Part shown: positions 49,201 to 61,020 of the stretch, piece by piece
Numbering within the stretch: the first letter of the stretch is position 1
Layout of the letters: the number at the start of each line of letters is the position of its first letter
Origin: Microthyrium microscopicum
Lineage: Eukaryota
Direction of reading: 5' to 3'
Assembly (NCBI GenBank): GCA_010405405.1
Contig: MU004241.1
Span: 310,001 to 374,000, forward strand
DNA length: 64,000 nucleotides
Translations under genes and position numbers: made by a program
Notes under the pieces: model-generated
Database searches by the model: none
What the model was told of the DNA's origin: nothing
Seen by the model: the letters and a program-made list of their open reading frames with translations, nothing else

Positions 49201-52200
49201 TCAAGCGCATCACAGAATTCATGTGCTACGTGGTTTACAATCTCAAACTAGAGACCTGCGTGATGAGAGATGAATATGTACTGATACCTGCTACAACCAA
49301 TGGCGGATCCTTTACTTCAGCAAAAGAGAAGTCGAACGAGAAAACACCCGATTCACCATCAGTGCCAACTTCGACTAGCACATCACAGAGTTTGACAAAG
49401 TCTGGCTCAACTGTCTCGCAAACTAGAACTAATACATCAGACCTAACATCTCCAACTCATACAGATTCCACTATTGCCGTTACGGAAGCAGCATCGTCAA
49501 CCACGAAGGTCTCTAGTGAGGACTATCGCATGAGTGACTCGGTTCCGTCGACTTTGCCATCATTTTACAATGATATTGTTGAAGAGCATAAAACAAAGAT
49601 TATTTCTTCTTCGCCATTCGTCAAGTTCATGCAGCCATACCTCCTAACCCAAGCTCGAGAGCAAGAATCCAAACTGGCTGAATTGAAAAGACTTCGAGAT
49701 CAGTACCACTACCAACGAGACGCGGAAAAGAGTGACGAATCGGGCGAGGAGTTTGAGCTTGTTAAACCTGAGATGGTGCACAAGATCATACGAAAGCCTT
49801 CTAAACCAGTTCGAGACTTTTTATTCGCCGTACACGATGCTGAATATCAATCTAGTATGCACGCCTATCAGACACAAAAACGGCAATGGGAAGGATACCT
49901 GTCTAACAATCCAACAATGTTCGATCCATTCAATCACCAACGTATTGCATTTTTGTACAGCATGGTCAATTCGAAGACCAATCCTTGCGTCGGTCCAGAA
50001 ATGATCGCGCTTAGCTTTTACAACGAACACGAGCTTGAAGATGACTTCCTACCAGACAGTACCCTGGGACAGTATGTGGAAGAACTGTGCACTAGTGGTG
50101 ATGCTTCATGCTCTGCCAATGATTGCAATGACAACATGTTCAGCCATCACCGGCAATATGTTCATGGCGATGGCCAAATGACTGTTACTATCCAGCCCCT
50201 CCCTCCACGTATTCGAGGGATGCAAAAGACTATCTTGATGTGGAGCGTATGTAGGATATGCGGACAAGAAACCCAGGTCATGCCTATGTCTGACAACACT
50301 TGGAAATATTCCTTTGGAAAATATCTCGAACTCACTTTCTGGAGTACTGCATTGCATCCTAGAGCTCATGCCTGTCCACACGACATTCACCGACATCACG
50401 TACGATTTTTCGGTTTCAATAATGTCGCTGTCCGAATACAATATGACTCGATCCAGCTATACGATATCGTCGTACCTCGGACAACCGTCACCTGGAAAGT
50501 TGATCAAGACCTTCGTATCAAGAATGAACAGTACTCGAAGTTCAAAAACAAGTTAGATCGTTTTATGTCGGGTGTCAAGTTGAGAATCGAAAGCATTCAT
50601 GTCGAAAGTATGCCACCAGAAACAGTGGACGACTGTCGAAAAGAAGTTGATCGTCTCCTTACCAAAGCTAAAGATGACCATGTGCGCTTGACCAAGCGAC
50701 TTCAAGAGAAATACATGGGCTCTAGATGGTACGAAATCATACCACTGAACCGTGCTGCGCGCGCTATTCAGGAAATCTCTATTGAGTGGGATCAAATTTT
50801 CGCCGATTTTGAGGAGAATTTCTTCCCATCAGAAAAGGATATTCGACGAATGACCGCCTTGCAGCTCAAAAGACTTTTCGAATCAGCCACTTCTTTTACG
50901 TCCATGGATGATACTACGGATGAAGGCGATCAAGAGATTAAAGAGAAGAGTAAAACACCAGTCGCAGAAACGCTACCGCAGTTGAATCGACGAGCGTCTC
51001 TCATGTCACCCGAGGATACTAAGAATCTTCTCGCGTCTGTCATTCAAGAGGAACACATGTCTGAAACTCCAACCGAGATCGACGATACACCTACACCTAC
51101 TGAGCAGCAAGATCCTGCCATCGTGAAAGAGGCTAACGAGAGAGAAGATGTCAAACATCTCGACCTCGCAGTTCCTCCTACACCATCAGCCGCTGAAGGG
51201 GCGCAACATGAATTGTCTCCACCCACTAGTAGCGAGAAGGACTCTGTAGCTTCGGAAAGTCTTCGTCTGAGCCCAGAGGTGTCAGATACTGTAGACAAGA
51301 TGCGAACGGATTCTGGAATCGATAGTCACTCCTCACCTGATGCCATCATGCATGGACACACGCCACCAGAGTCTCGCATCCCCCGTCCTATCGACTCTAA
51401 TCGGAGACTTGGAAATCTGATAGCTCCTCCGTTAGGTCGTGCGCAATCTTCACCTCATCATAGTATTTCATTGTTAAAGTCAACGCCACTAGGATACGAG
51501 CCAGGAGAAGCATCCTCGGCATTCCCTCTTAGCAAGACAGAAAGGCTGAGAAATCTCCTTGCCGAGCCGGCTCGAGCGTTTGAACGTAGTGTTAGTAGTA
51601 GACTCGTTTCACGCTCTGGTAAAGGGCAACCGCCTTCCATGATACCGCGATCCATACCTGTCAAGCGTAATGTTTTCAATCTGGCAAGACATTATGAACA
51701 ATTGACGCGTGAATTCGAAAAGCAGCGACAGAAAGATCGTCAATGGCGTGAGGCACGAGGTGCCTATCCCTTGGCATCTTCCAAACCGGTCGTTGAAGTC
51801 TATCGTGATGCACATGAGGCTGTTAAGGAGACTGATTCTGTAGACGAGCCGGACAATTCAACGACTGGACGCGTTTCTGTTGACACTAGTCGCATAGATG
51901 AAGGTAGCGTGACCGACACCGTTCCTTCTGATGCAGCTTCTATTATAATTCCGCCAAATAGCAGCAAACCTGCCGATAATGACGACCATTCAATTGTTTC
52001 TGAGGCGGCCGAGTCTGGCACTATTGATAACAGCACGATTGAAGATGATGTGGAAGATACAACGGTTGTCGATCCTGAGACTACTCAAGCATCTCCGAAT
52101 GATTCGCAAATTGACCTGTCACAGCTCAAGGAAGAAAAGGTGTCGCTATTGAAGATGCTCACTAACTTTTGGGGTGAACGATCATCCAGTGGCTGGACTC

Positions 52201-53366
52201 CTTTGGAGTATCCTTTTGCTGCTGGAGAACATGTCTGGGGAGATTCAGACATCATCGTTCGAGAAGATGAGCCGAGCTCAATTATTGCCATGGCTTTATC
52301 CAGCGCAGACTACCTTGTGAAGCTTCGTCAATTCCGCAAGCAGCCCGAAAACGCCACACTTGAAGACATGGACGCATCAATTGAGAGCAACCTCCTCCAC
52401 TCCAACCACACCAACATCCGATACGCCTTCCAAAATCGTGGTGTCCGCGCACAATGCAAAATCTTCTACGCTGAATCCTTCGATGCTCTCCGTCGCAAGT
52501 GTGGTGTGGCCGAGCGCTTCGTCGAGTCTCTCTCGCGCTGCCTGAAATGGGATTCGAAAGGCGGCAAAACAAAATCCCTCTTCCTCAAGACACTCGACGA
52601 CCGCTTCGTGCTCAAATCGCTATCGCCAGTGGAAGTTAATTCCTTCTTCAAATTTGCACCCGACTACTTTGTCTTTGCACACGCAATGCTCTTCAATGGC
52701 CTGCCCTCCGTCATTGCGAAAATGCTTGGTCTGTTCCAGGTCACCATTCGCAATCCACACTCAGGCATGGAGTTTAACTGGTTCATGATCGTTATGGAAA
52801 ACCTCTTCTATGACCGCGAGCCAAATCGGCGATTTGATCTCAAAGGATCAATGCGTAATCGCAAAATACAAAGTACCGGCGAGCGCGATGAAGTGCTCCT
52901 CGATGAGAATCTCGTCGACATAATCTTCGAAAAGCCAATTTTCGTCCGCGAACACACAATGAAGCTTCTCACCGCCAGTGTCTGGAACGACACGCTCTTC
53001 CTCTCCAAACAAAATGTCATGGACTACAGTCTTATGGCCGGCTTCGAAGACGAGACGCGCGAGATCGTCGTGGGTATCATCGATTGTATCCGCACCTACA
53101 CCTGGGACAAGAAACTCGAGACATGGATCAAGGATCGTGGTAAAAATAAACCAACTGTTACTAGTCCCAAGGACTATCGTAATCGGTTCCGCGTGGCGAT
53201 GAGCAAGTATATTCTTCAGGCGCCGAATTGCTGGCATCAGTTCCAGGCGCAGCAGATTCAGGGTCGGCCGGTGAGACTCGGCGGGCGCAAGGGTGATGAT
53301 ATATTGATGTTGACGGGTGTTGATGGGAAGGATACGTTGCCAGCAGGGAAGGGAGCTGAAAGATAG
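46299..53366 (+). CDS. FAB1: 1-phosphatidylinositol-3-phosphate 5-kinase (Fab1/PIKfyve)
   Basis: FYVE domain (WMRD..CFYC..RRKHHCRICG), CCT/TCP1-like domain (IKLKKIPG, GCTIVLRG), and PIP kinase domain (GGKTKSLF, FDLKGS, MDYSL, GIIDCIRTYTWDKKLE). A single 7-kb ORF. Confidence 0.98.
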   Translation: MSPNKEPANPSPAPSSAGVPIHHSRRPSFASQISRSTVEHDVNAQALDKIHTTASKTDTLTTFDFGSPPRPPSVESRAFAGDIVPSGLSQLYNRFKASVGGTKETAPSSPATETADDASIISGISTADPLRITGISSPPNPSTISSRIQSPAAPTFPDTSSSKPQLTSPTNPSFHSVMTPTTPRSHHTEHSAGGLEKRGQSKSRYSDGRRSRKQSGVSRFQHDSIDSIPQTIEHPVLPRIETHLQQENERTPRPLSRFHDSRTIVESSMSPSRKKKVDKDSAKLPSFKFPEGDRPPIIHVSHSHLPNFQVSRETSIDGDYSSKASAGSAARQGDVSAVDDLRRTQMYDDTMMQEDPSARMKSKVLAKELWMRDETAKECFYCGEPFSTFRRKHHCRICGNIFDGKCTKLVSGAQFGQSNSLRICKPCEAIVQGTDDDSSVYSDDFDRVSTAGGRSSSPRRFERSGLRKAQVDDINLQAPSLGIPVARKMGGSKRGSAVIEFTNEHSLIRPSSSRSLKSLSGLHRVPSHKRHHSRQDHQHMKSLKHHHDDRAPFQREAERSGKGVLPALHHDNIIDPDLAPFMSDEDPSEDEAMSIFATLNGEAQSPGKDSEKAGLASLMSSSRRKAWQTGSVASRDADNISLLSKSMSRQRRRNPSVSSFYHPSRPSPKRMKSNSLLKGFSVPGFGGSPSTPQMPLPASPVASGYKMIRSSAMRGSSAPPVELNQASLQHVRNLLKQMLEDAEIPEAKRWEKAMMPILLQCTDDVTPDIHRSDDIDIRHYIKLKKIPGSKPGDTAYVSGVVFTKNLALKSMPRSIANPGILLVTFPIEYARHHSHFMSLDPVIAQEREYLSNLVKRIAALSPQVLLVEKNVSGLALGFLEQAGIAVVPNVKASVLNAVSRCTQTKLITSIDKLTTLDPEELGKCASFDVKTHVFKSIKKTYIYLSGCQKDLGCTIVLRGADVENLRTIKRITEFMCYVVYNLKLETCVMRDEYVLIPATTNGGSFTSAKEKSNEKTPDSPSVPTSTSTSQSLTKSGSTVSQTRTNTSDLTSPTHTDSTIAVTEAASSTTKVSSEDYRMSDSVPSTLPSFYNDIVEEHKTKIISSSPFVKFMQPYLLTQAREQESKLAELKRLRDQYHYQRDAEKSDESGEEFELVKPEMVHKIIRKPSKPVRDFLFAVHDAEYQSSMHAYQTQKRQWEGYLSNNPTMFDPFNHQRIAFLYSMVNSKTNPCVGPEMIALSFYNEHELEDDFLPDSTLGQYVEELCTSGDASCSANDCNDNMFSHHRQYVHGDGQMTVTIQPLPPRIRGMQKTILMWSVCRICGQETQVMPMSDNTWKYSFGKYLELTFWSTALHPRAHACPHDIHRHHVRFFGFNNVAVRIQYDSIQLYDIVVPRTTVTWKVDQDLRIKNEQYSKFKNKLDRFMSGVKLRIESIHVESMPPETVDDCRKEVDRLLTKAKDDHVRLTKRLQEKYMGSRWYEIIPLNRAARAIQEISIEWDQIFADFEENFFPSEKDIRRMTALQLKRLFESATSFTSMDDTTDEGDQEIKEKSKTPVAETLPQLNRRASLMSPEDTKNLLASVIQEEHMSETPTEIDDTPTPTEQQDPAIVKEANEREDVKHLDLAVPPTPSAAEGAQHELSPPTSSEKDSVASESLRLSPEVSDTVDKMRTDSGIDSHSSPDAIMHGHTPPESRIPRPIDSNRRLGNLIAPPLGRAQSSPHHSISLLKSTPLGYEPGEASSAFPLSKTERLRNLLAEPARAFERSVSSRLVSRSGKGQPPSMIPRSIPVKRNVFNLARHYEQLTREFEKQRQKDRQWREARGAYPLASSKPVVEVYRDAHEAVKETDSVDEPDNSTTGRVSVDTSRIDEGSVTDTVPSDAASIIIPPNSSKPADNDDHSIVSEAAESGTIDNSTIEDDVEDTTVVDPETTQASPNDSQIDLSQLKEEKVSLLKMLTNFWGERSSSGWTPLEYPFAAGEHVWGDSDIIVREDEPSSIIAMALSSADYLVKLRQFRKQPENATLEDMDASIESNLLHSNHTNIRYAFQNRGVRAQCKIFYAESFDALRRKCGVAERFVESLSRCLKWDSKGGKTKSLFLKTLDDRFVLKSLSPVEVNSFFKFAPDYFVFAHAMLFNGLPSVIAKMLGLFQVTIRNPHSGMEFNWFMIVMENLFYDREPNRRFDLKGSMRNRKIQSTGERDEVLLDENLVDIIFEKPIFVREHTMKLLTASVWNDTLFLSKQNVMDYSLMAGFEDETREIVVGIIDCIRTYTWDKKLETWIKDRGKNKPTVTSPKDYRNRFRVAMSKYILQAPNCWHQFQAQQIQGRPVRLGGRKGDDILMLTGVDGKDTLPAGKGAER

Positions 53367-53807
53367 ACATATTGTTGTTTTCATAGCATGGCGTTGTAGC
53401 ATTTTAGTTTGGAATAGAATTAGCGTTTTGTTCTTGCATTTATCGCCTTTTGAGTTGTACGATGTACTTGCTCTGTGATATAGGGAGTGAGAAAGCTGAT
53501 GTTCCTCAAGTTATACTTCCTATTCATGCTGAGGGAGATGATATTTACACGATGTTGGGTATAATGCAAAATAAAAAGCTCAGGTATGAATGCATTCGCC
53601 GAAGTCTTCTCCCTTCCACATTATGACTTTCATCTCTCCTCTCCTCTTTGCACTGTGAAAGTATCTGTCTCTCTGAAAGCGGTTTTGCCACGCCGTAAGA
53701 ATGCTCGAGGAAATCATGTCATGCCTTCTCCAACTCCAGTTTTGGCTGCGCTGTAATGGATACTTGGTTATATCATCTCGCAACGGGGTGCTTTCCCATC
53801 TTTTCTC

Positions 53808-56014
53808 TTATCCAACGATAATGTATTCATCATCCTCTTCGATGATAGGAGACAAGCCTTGGTTGACTTCATTCTCCTCGTCGTCATTGTCAACTTCATC
53901 ATCCTCTGAATCATCCTCGTCGTCACTGTTTTCCACATTGTGGCCTGCGAGTAGTCCAGTGAAGGTCCGATCTTGTGAGCTGTCGTTTATCAACTCGAGT
54001 AGCTCCTTCTCTATTTCGGTAAGCGGCTGACGTTTTGCCTTGCCTTTGTTCTTTGACTTTCGAACCGTGCTGCCAGTTTGTTGATTGCTATGGCTGGCCC
54101 TTTTCTTCTCGCCTGTGCACTTTCTTGTATTCTTGCCAGGCTTGGAAGCTCTTCCATAGAAGTTCTTCGCCAGTTGAGCACCTGCAAAGAATGCTACTTT
54201 GGCGGCATCGAGAGCTAGCGAAGTCTTAAAGTCGCTGCTTGATGTACTGTCCTCGAATACGAGAAGAATCCAGATGCTGAATGCTCGTTGCAAATTCTCT
54301 TCAGATTGGAAATAGATCCACCAGCCTTGAATGATGGCATAGACGCCAGCTTCAATAACGGCTGGTCGATTAGTTGGAAAGATCTTGAAGAGGATCAGCA
54401 ATTTCGCAAATCCAATCGCAGTACTGTCGTTAAGGTATACTGGCTCGTCTCTAAAGACAGCACGTACTTTCGTTATTTTTCGTGACTTTTCGAGAATATC
54501 CAGTCTCAGAATCGTGGCCACGCTTGAACTCTGCGAGCTTAGATAGTAAAGGTCGGCTAAAGTGACGGTAGCCTGTAAGCCTTTGGCAATTTCAGCCCAG
54601 AAGACCCACTCCGTCGAGGCACTATATCTCAGATGGGCTGTAGGAACGTGGCCGTCTCTCTTCTTCTTCAAAGCCTTGTACAGGGGAGCAACGTAGACCG
54701 GACTGAAAGCAGTCTTGCTCTCACGACTATCGATTAAGGTAAGGTTGATCTCATGAGGATTTACTCCGGACTCCAAGTCGTCAAAGGCCTTGCAAACAAC
54801 CCAAATAAGAGAGTCGCTGGTAGAAATGAACGGAGTGCCAGTCGGGGATCGCGCCATGTGATGAGCAAGGCGTTGTTTGAAGTAGCTGCTTTCCGGCGGA
54901 ATTGGTGTAGGCATGCGTCCGATGGGCAGCTGAAACTCGCTGGCTCGGAAGTAGGATGGGCTGTTGAGGCCAGCACTCTTAGGTCCCCATTTGCGGAATA
55001 GAAGAGCTGGAATCCCCTCCTCTTCCACTTGCTTTTGAGCTGAGCTAGAGGCGTTAGGAAAATCACTTGGTAAAGATGATTGTGCTAGTCGACCTGCTGC
55101 TGGACCACGGGGAGGAGGACACGGAGTGTCTGGTAAAGCTTCAGAGAGGCTTCTCATGTCGTTTATTGGACTATCCTCCACTATTCATCCCGTTAGCTTG
55201 TGTGACTAAATGCTGCGCTTATATGGGACGTACCGAGGATGATATCTTGGTCTGGGAAGACAGGAGTGCAGGGTCTAGCGGATTCCATCTCATCCTCACT
55301 ATCACTCATTATGATGATTATGTCTCTAGCATTATCTGGCAAGAAGTCGGTGCGAGTTGAATCAAGTGAAGATTGACGAGCATGCATGCCTTGAGTGCTT
55401 GAGATTGAGTTAGTCAGCTGAGGCAGCTGTCGCTGAGTGTTCAGAAAGGGATTGTTGATAGGCTGAGATTGCTGAGTATGTCGATGAGTACTAAAAACAG
55501 GAATATTACTTGGCTGCGGTTGACGACGAAGAGCCGAGCGACGCAAGGTCATATCCTCAACGAGCCGATGATGAGGGAGGATGCCCCTAGATCTCGCTGC
55601 AGACTCAACTCGAGCAATCAGCGTATTGATCTCCGGCGTCTTCACTATGAAGTCTGATTCCTGGATTCTGATCCGAAGGTTGTTCTTGTTCTTGGAAAGA
55701 TCTGCCTTCTTTCTTCGGCATATGTCGCGCCAATAAGCTGAGCACTTCCGAGGAGTCAGGGCCTCAGCCATAGGAAACATCTCAGTCATGATTGCTGCAA
55801 TGTCATGCCAAGAGTTGGTGAACCACCGCCTGAAGACAAGCAAAGCGGCTAATTCTTCGTCTGTCCAGGATCGTCCATGGAAATTGTTTATAGGTGGCTC
55901 TAAGCGCTGAAATACTGGTACTCGCGACCTTACTGTGGTTAAGTCTTGCTCAGGAGTTGAGCGAATTGACTCGGTTGGAGGCCTATAGGCAAAGTCTTCG
56001 AAATTGGGAAGCAT
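53808..56014 (-). CDS. ~717-aa protein: Myb/SANT-like N-terminus + ART-like (DUF7587-type) domain + basic/acidic tail; 2 exons
   Basis: Intron 55181-55233 (GTACGT...GCTAAC...TAG) joins the 273-aa and 457-aa ORFs in frame. Motifs WTDEELAALL...W...KCSAYW and LLFR...PFISTS..L.W...EWVFWAEI. Confidence 0.75.
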
Positions 56015-56610
56015 TGTGACAAAGTACTAATCTGCTCTTGAAACAATGTGATAATGAGCAATTTTGAATCAAAGCAAGGAGCAACAAGAAGAATGAGCCT
56101 GTAATCAGTCAGAGAAAGATGAAGCAGGAAAAGAAGTGGACTAGAGAGTAATGTGGAGAGGTTATATCATACATCCCACTATCCGTGCTTTAGCTGCCTA
56201 TTCTAGGCATGGAGCTGGGACAAAATAAACTTCGATTGAGGTCTACAGTTGCGTCCCTAGGCAGTAAGAATTAAAATACTCAGGTTTTGAGGTTGGAAAT
56301 CTCAGCCTTGGGCTCAGCCTTGTGACGGAAGTTGCCGTGTAAGTAAAGAGCTCCCACAGCTCCCATGTGCTACGGAAAGAGCCCCGCACATATCCGGCGG
56401 TAAACAGCATGGTCATCAAAACTAAGGGGGCTGTAGCTTACCACGCTCAATCATACTCTCGATTAAAGGTGAGAACTTGATCTTGCCGCTTATTAAGTCC
56501 ATCTTGCTCGAACCATCTGGTGACAAGAACTCTAACGAAGTGTTCCATGTCAGTTACCTCATTGTGCCACTCAGGATCTGTTCAAACAATTCAGCGATAC
56601 TCCTTCGACA

Positions 56611-57696
56611 ATGGCGACCAGGGAAGCATCCCATGCGGGCGATTGGTACGATAGCTCCAAGTCAAAGCTTAACTTGCATCTTGATACATATCTCAACCGT
56701 GTGCCCGAAGAGCTAGTAGGCCTTGGGGAGCCTGCTGGAGAGCCAGTCCCGGTACCTGTGCCTGGAGCCAGAGCTATCATTGCGCCGTAAGTCGCCTCAA
56801 TCTTGCACCTTTTGGTTTCAGTATTGATTCTTTGTGCCAGACATGCAGGTTATTCTTACTCTGGCCCAGCAGCGGCCTGGGCCTATAAGTCCATTGACTG
56901 GTCTCAAGCGTAAGTAATTCCCCGATGATCTGTATGCTAAATGCTGATCGAGTGCAGCAAGCGGGTGTTCCTACTAGGGCCTTCTCACCACTATCATCTC
57001 TCCAACTGTGCTCTCTCGCAATGCGCCAAATATGACACTCCATTGGGTGCTCTGACTCTGGATCGAGAAACAATCGCCGAGCTTAAGCAGACCGGGGAGT
57101 TCGCGGCCATGAAACTCGATGATGACGAAGCCGAACACAGCCTCGAAATGCATCTACCTTACATTTATAAGATGCTGAAAGAGAGCCATACTGGATCTAG
57201 CCAGATGCCTCCTATCGTGCCCATCTTGATTGGCTCAACATCTGCTGCTGCCGAAAAGAAGTTTGGGGCAATCCTTGCTCCATATCTCGAAGACCCAGCC
57301 AACGTCTTCGTCATCAGTAGCGATTTCTGCCATTGGGGAACACGCTTTCGCTATACATACTACAAACCAGCTTCCGGTCCGGCCAAAAATCTTCGATCCA
57401 GTGATGCTCCACCTGTGCCTCACATCCATGAAAGTATTGCGGCGGTTGATCGAATGTGTTGGGAAGCCGTAGAGACCGGACAGCATAATGCGTTTCTCTC
57501 GGTATTGGAAGAGACAGGAAATACTGTCTGTGGGCGCCATCCAATTGGTGTCATGATGGCTGCGGTTGAAGAGTGGCGGAAGAACGGGGAAGGTCGGGAC
57601 GGAACATTCAGATTCGTCAGATATGAGCGCAGCAGCCTTGTACAGAATTTGCAGGAGAGTAGCGTGAGCTATTGCAGCGCTTATGCCATTCTATGA
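56611..57696 (+). CDS. MEMO1: MEMO1 family protein
   Basis: MATREASHAGDWY, IIAP/HAGYSYSG, LGPSHH, AEHSLEMHLP, SSDFCHWG, NTVCGRHPI and SSVSY. Two introns. Confidence 0.95.
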
Positions 57697-58061
57697 GAGT
57701 AGGGTGGAGTTCTTCCTGATAGAAATGTCACTGTATGGAAGTCAGTTATCATGCTTTTCAAGTCAATCACTCATGTCTTACCAAATTTAGGACTCCTTCC
57801 TCCAAAATCCACCACAAATATCTACTCATTTCTTGAAGCATTAGCATGTACATGAACACGTGTTTTCCAGCGTGTCTTCGGCCTGTTAAAGCAAATACAA
57901 GTTTAGCATTAGTAGTATTAGCAACTATTGCCAAGGGCCAGTTCCAATACAATAGAGAGGTCCGATCCTCCGGAAACTTCGCCGTAGACGCCACGCTCTA
58001 GCTCCAGTATTTAAACAAGTCATCCTGATTTGCTTTTATCTACCTCAGCGTTGAAGCAAAG

Positions 58062-59533
58062 TTAGACTTTCCCAAAGTAAAACAATCCTTTCTTCGCAGT
58101 TCTGGTATAATGCATACAAACAGACGCAACGATCATGGCGACACCAGCAAATATAAACACGCCGTCGTAGTTCGCCCTGGCCTCGATCAAGACACCATTA
58201 GCGTCTTTTGGGCTTTGCGTTTTCAAGATAGCACCGGCAATGGGGTTGCCGATTAGCACGCCCAGTGAGACAACGGTGTACATCATCCCAACTCTCGTTC
58301 CAATCTTATTTAGTTCCGGCGATAATAGTCCCACGACTGCCGGTGCAGCGTTCGTTAAGCCACCAGCGAAGAAACTGTATATTATGGATATCGCGATCAG
58401 GTTCGCGGTTTGATGGACCGTAAGCCACAGCAGCAGAATTATGCCGGAGACATAGCTGATGGAAATGATGACATTCAGATTCCCAATGCTGTAATCATCA
58501 GTGGCCATAGAGCTCATACCTGAAAGGAACACATACCTGTCTGCAAGAAAGTTTGGGAGCAAGCGCCCAACAGTGCCTGCCGCATTCATTATGGCAAGCA
58601 TATAGAACGACAGCTCCGCGCTTGTACCAACTCGTAGCGAAAATGGCTCGATGTAGAAGAAAGGGATGAAATACGCCATGAAGCCTAAAGTGAGACCAAT
58701 TACGAAGACCGTGTAGGCAGGATCTCGGAACGCTTCCAGGTCGAAAAAGGGTCCAGATTTCCGGGGCGGCAAACGCGTTCTCAAGAGAGCAAATCCTAGT
58801 AGGAGAGATCCGAGCATGATGAATCCCATCGCTCGAGCAGCCCACGGAAACCCGGAATGGTTGATAATCTGACGCACTGCAATTGGATATATCACACCAC
58901 CTGTGCCACAAGATCAATATCAAGGCGATCGCAAGAGTCCGATGGAGTGCTTACCAACGCTACTTCCACTGGCTACTAGACCCATAGCCAGCGATCTCCG
59001 TGTGCTAAAATAAGTTCCAACAATCGAGATGCCACAGGTGAAGATGATGCCAGCTCCAATGCCTACACAAACACCTTGTGCTAGGAACACTTGATAGTAC
59101 TTTGTACTCAGAGAAGTCATCATCATGCCGAAAACCTGAAGAAACGACCCAATGGCGAAGAGAATATTGTAGTATCCCGCATCAAGAGCACGTCCGGTAA
59201 TCTGGCCCACAAACAGGAGCAGAAACGCTTGAATTGATCCGATCCATGATATGTTGGAAGGAGTGGAAGTCGACAGTAAATCGGAAGTATAGAATGCTTG
59301 AAAAACGCCGAAAGTCTGCACCATGCCACTATAGTATTTCTCGTCAATTGCAGCCGAACGAATACCAAGGCTGGACCTTACATGCTGTTGAGAGCAAACA
59401 GAAACCCTCCGGCTACCGCGAGCCATGCTTTGAGACCCCCATTTGGTATTGGTGCCGGTGCTTGAGGTTGTCCGGCCGGAACACCAATCTCCTTCTCAGA
59501 ATGTTTCTCGCTGTCGGTACCTGACGTCGCCAT
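58062..59533 (-). CDS. MFS monocarboxylate-transporter-like (Mch family) permease
   Basis: PNGGLKAW, FGVFQAFY, ISWIGSIQ, GRALDAG, LAQGVCVGIG, YFSTRRSLAMG, GRLLP and IGNPIAGAIL. Three introns. Confidence 0.93.
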
Positions 59534-60399
59534 TTCGCGTTATATTGAACGATCGAGAGTTATGTTTCATTTGAGAAGCAAATTTCAATGAACTTCAACG
59601 CCGGGGGTCAGCAGCTGTAAAAGGAGATGATGCCGTATTCGTCGTTCGGGAAGGCGTGGATTGTGCTGACAAGGTCGAAAGCAGTACTCCGTACTACCAC
59701 ATACAAGCACTATGCGGTATCATCATCGATTGCCACGACTGGGAGAGAGTGCGTTACTGGTCGTTGAGGTTGATGGTCATATTGAATGCATCGGGGAGAT
59801 TGTGAACCGCTTATACAAAAATATAATGCAGCAGATCTACAAGCAAACCTCTTCAACAAATTCTCGCGAGTCGCGAGTCGTGACGCCACAGACGCGACAG
59901 AAACCGTCGGCAACTTCCATGTTCTCTGACCGTGTCGTGAGCCGTGCAGGAATCTGTGCACCAGATCGCTGGGAAGATAATGATTTACCCATGACTTCAA
60001 CACGAAAGTGTGCAACGCGTTCCTGAAAACCGTCACAACCCCCGGCTTCATGATGATGGAAGTGTTTTCAATCTTCATTCAGCATGATTCTTTTGTTTTG
60101 AATGGTCCAGGCTCCATGACAACCATCAAGCCTCCGAAGGGACATATCGGCTATGGGATTGGTACCGGAACAAAGACTACTCGGTACCAGCAATGTACTT
60201 GTGGAAAGAAATAGACAAGTTATTTTATTTCAGCTTCGTATTCATCACTTTCGCATAGTACACCAATGCGTGTTCAAGGCCGATCACTTCGTACTCGCAA
60301 GATTGTTTAGAGGCTCATTTACAATGCTTATCTCTAACCCGCAATTTGGTTATCTCAGAAGCTTAGCCCCTAAAACTCCTAAAGCCAGATCCTGTCTTA

Positions 60400-61020
60400 T
60401 CACGGCACGTAATGAGGTAGATCTAAGTTTTAGGGTCTAAGACTATATCGCGCCTTTTATTAGTAGAAACGCTTTAAAATATAACAACTTCAACTTATTA
60501 ATACTTTATTAATAATAACTCGTTATTCTCTAAAATTAAGATATACTTAAAGCTCTTAAACTTAGCTTCTTAACACTATTTATGGCTTCTTTATTAGCCC
60601 ATTATTAAGCTTAGAATCCTCCTTTAGAATCTATGTTTTAATTCTAGGTTACTTAGAATTAGAAAATTAACAATTCTTTAAACTAATATAACTCCACTAC
60701 CTTTCCAAATTTAAGTTTTTAGATATTTGTTTTAGATTTTTTAGGATAAGGTAAATAACTATAAGCGCGGAAAAAATATCAAAATTTTGGTCGTTATAGA
60801 GCTTTAGGAGGTTAGTAAATTATATAATTGTAAGCATTTAGGGTATTTTTTAGCCTTATCTTTAGCGACCTATATAGCTATATAGAGTTAAGTAATAAAA
60901 ACGAAATTATAATAGTTATAAAGCGACGTTATTAAAGTATTTTTAGTAAAGCTTAGCTTTTTGAAATAAAGCTTTGTTGTCGAGATAAACCTAAATAAAG
61001 CCAAACTAAAGAACCCTTCT
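60400..61020. mobile_element. AT/TpA-rich RIP-degraded repeat relic
   Basis: Sharp AT-rich block with TA excess and retained CG dinucleotides, and no ORF. Confidence 0.65.

Noticed and set aside
55181..55195. Apparent two separate genes or a frameshift at 55181-55195
   Set aside because: A canonical 53-nt intron joins them in frame.
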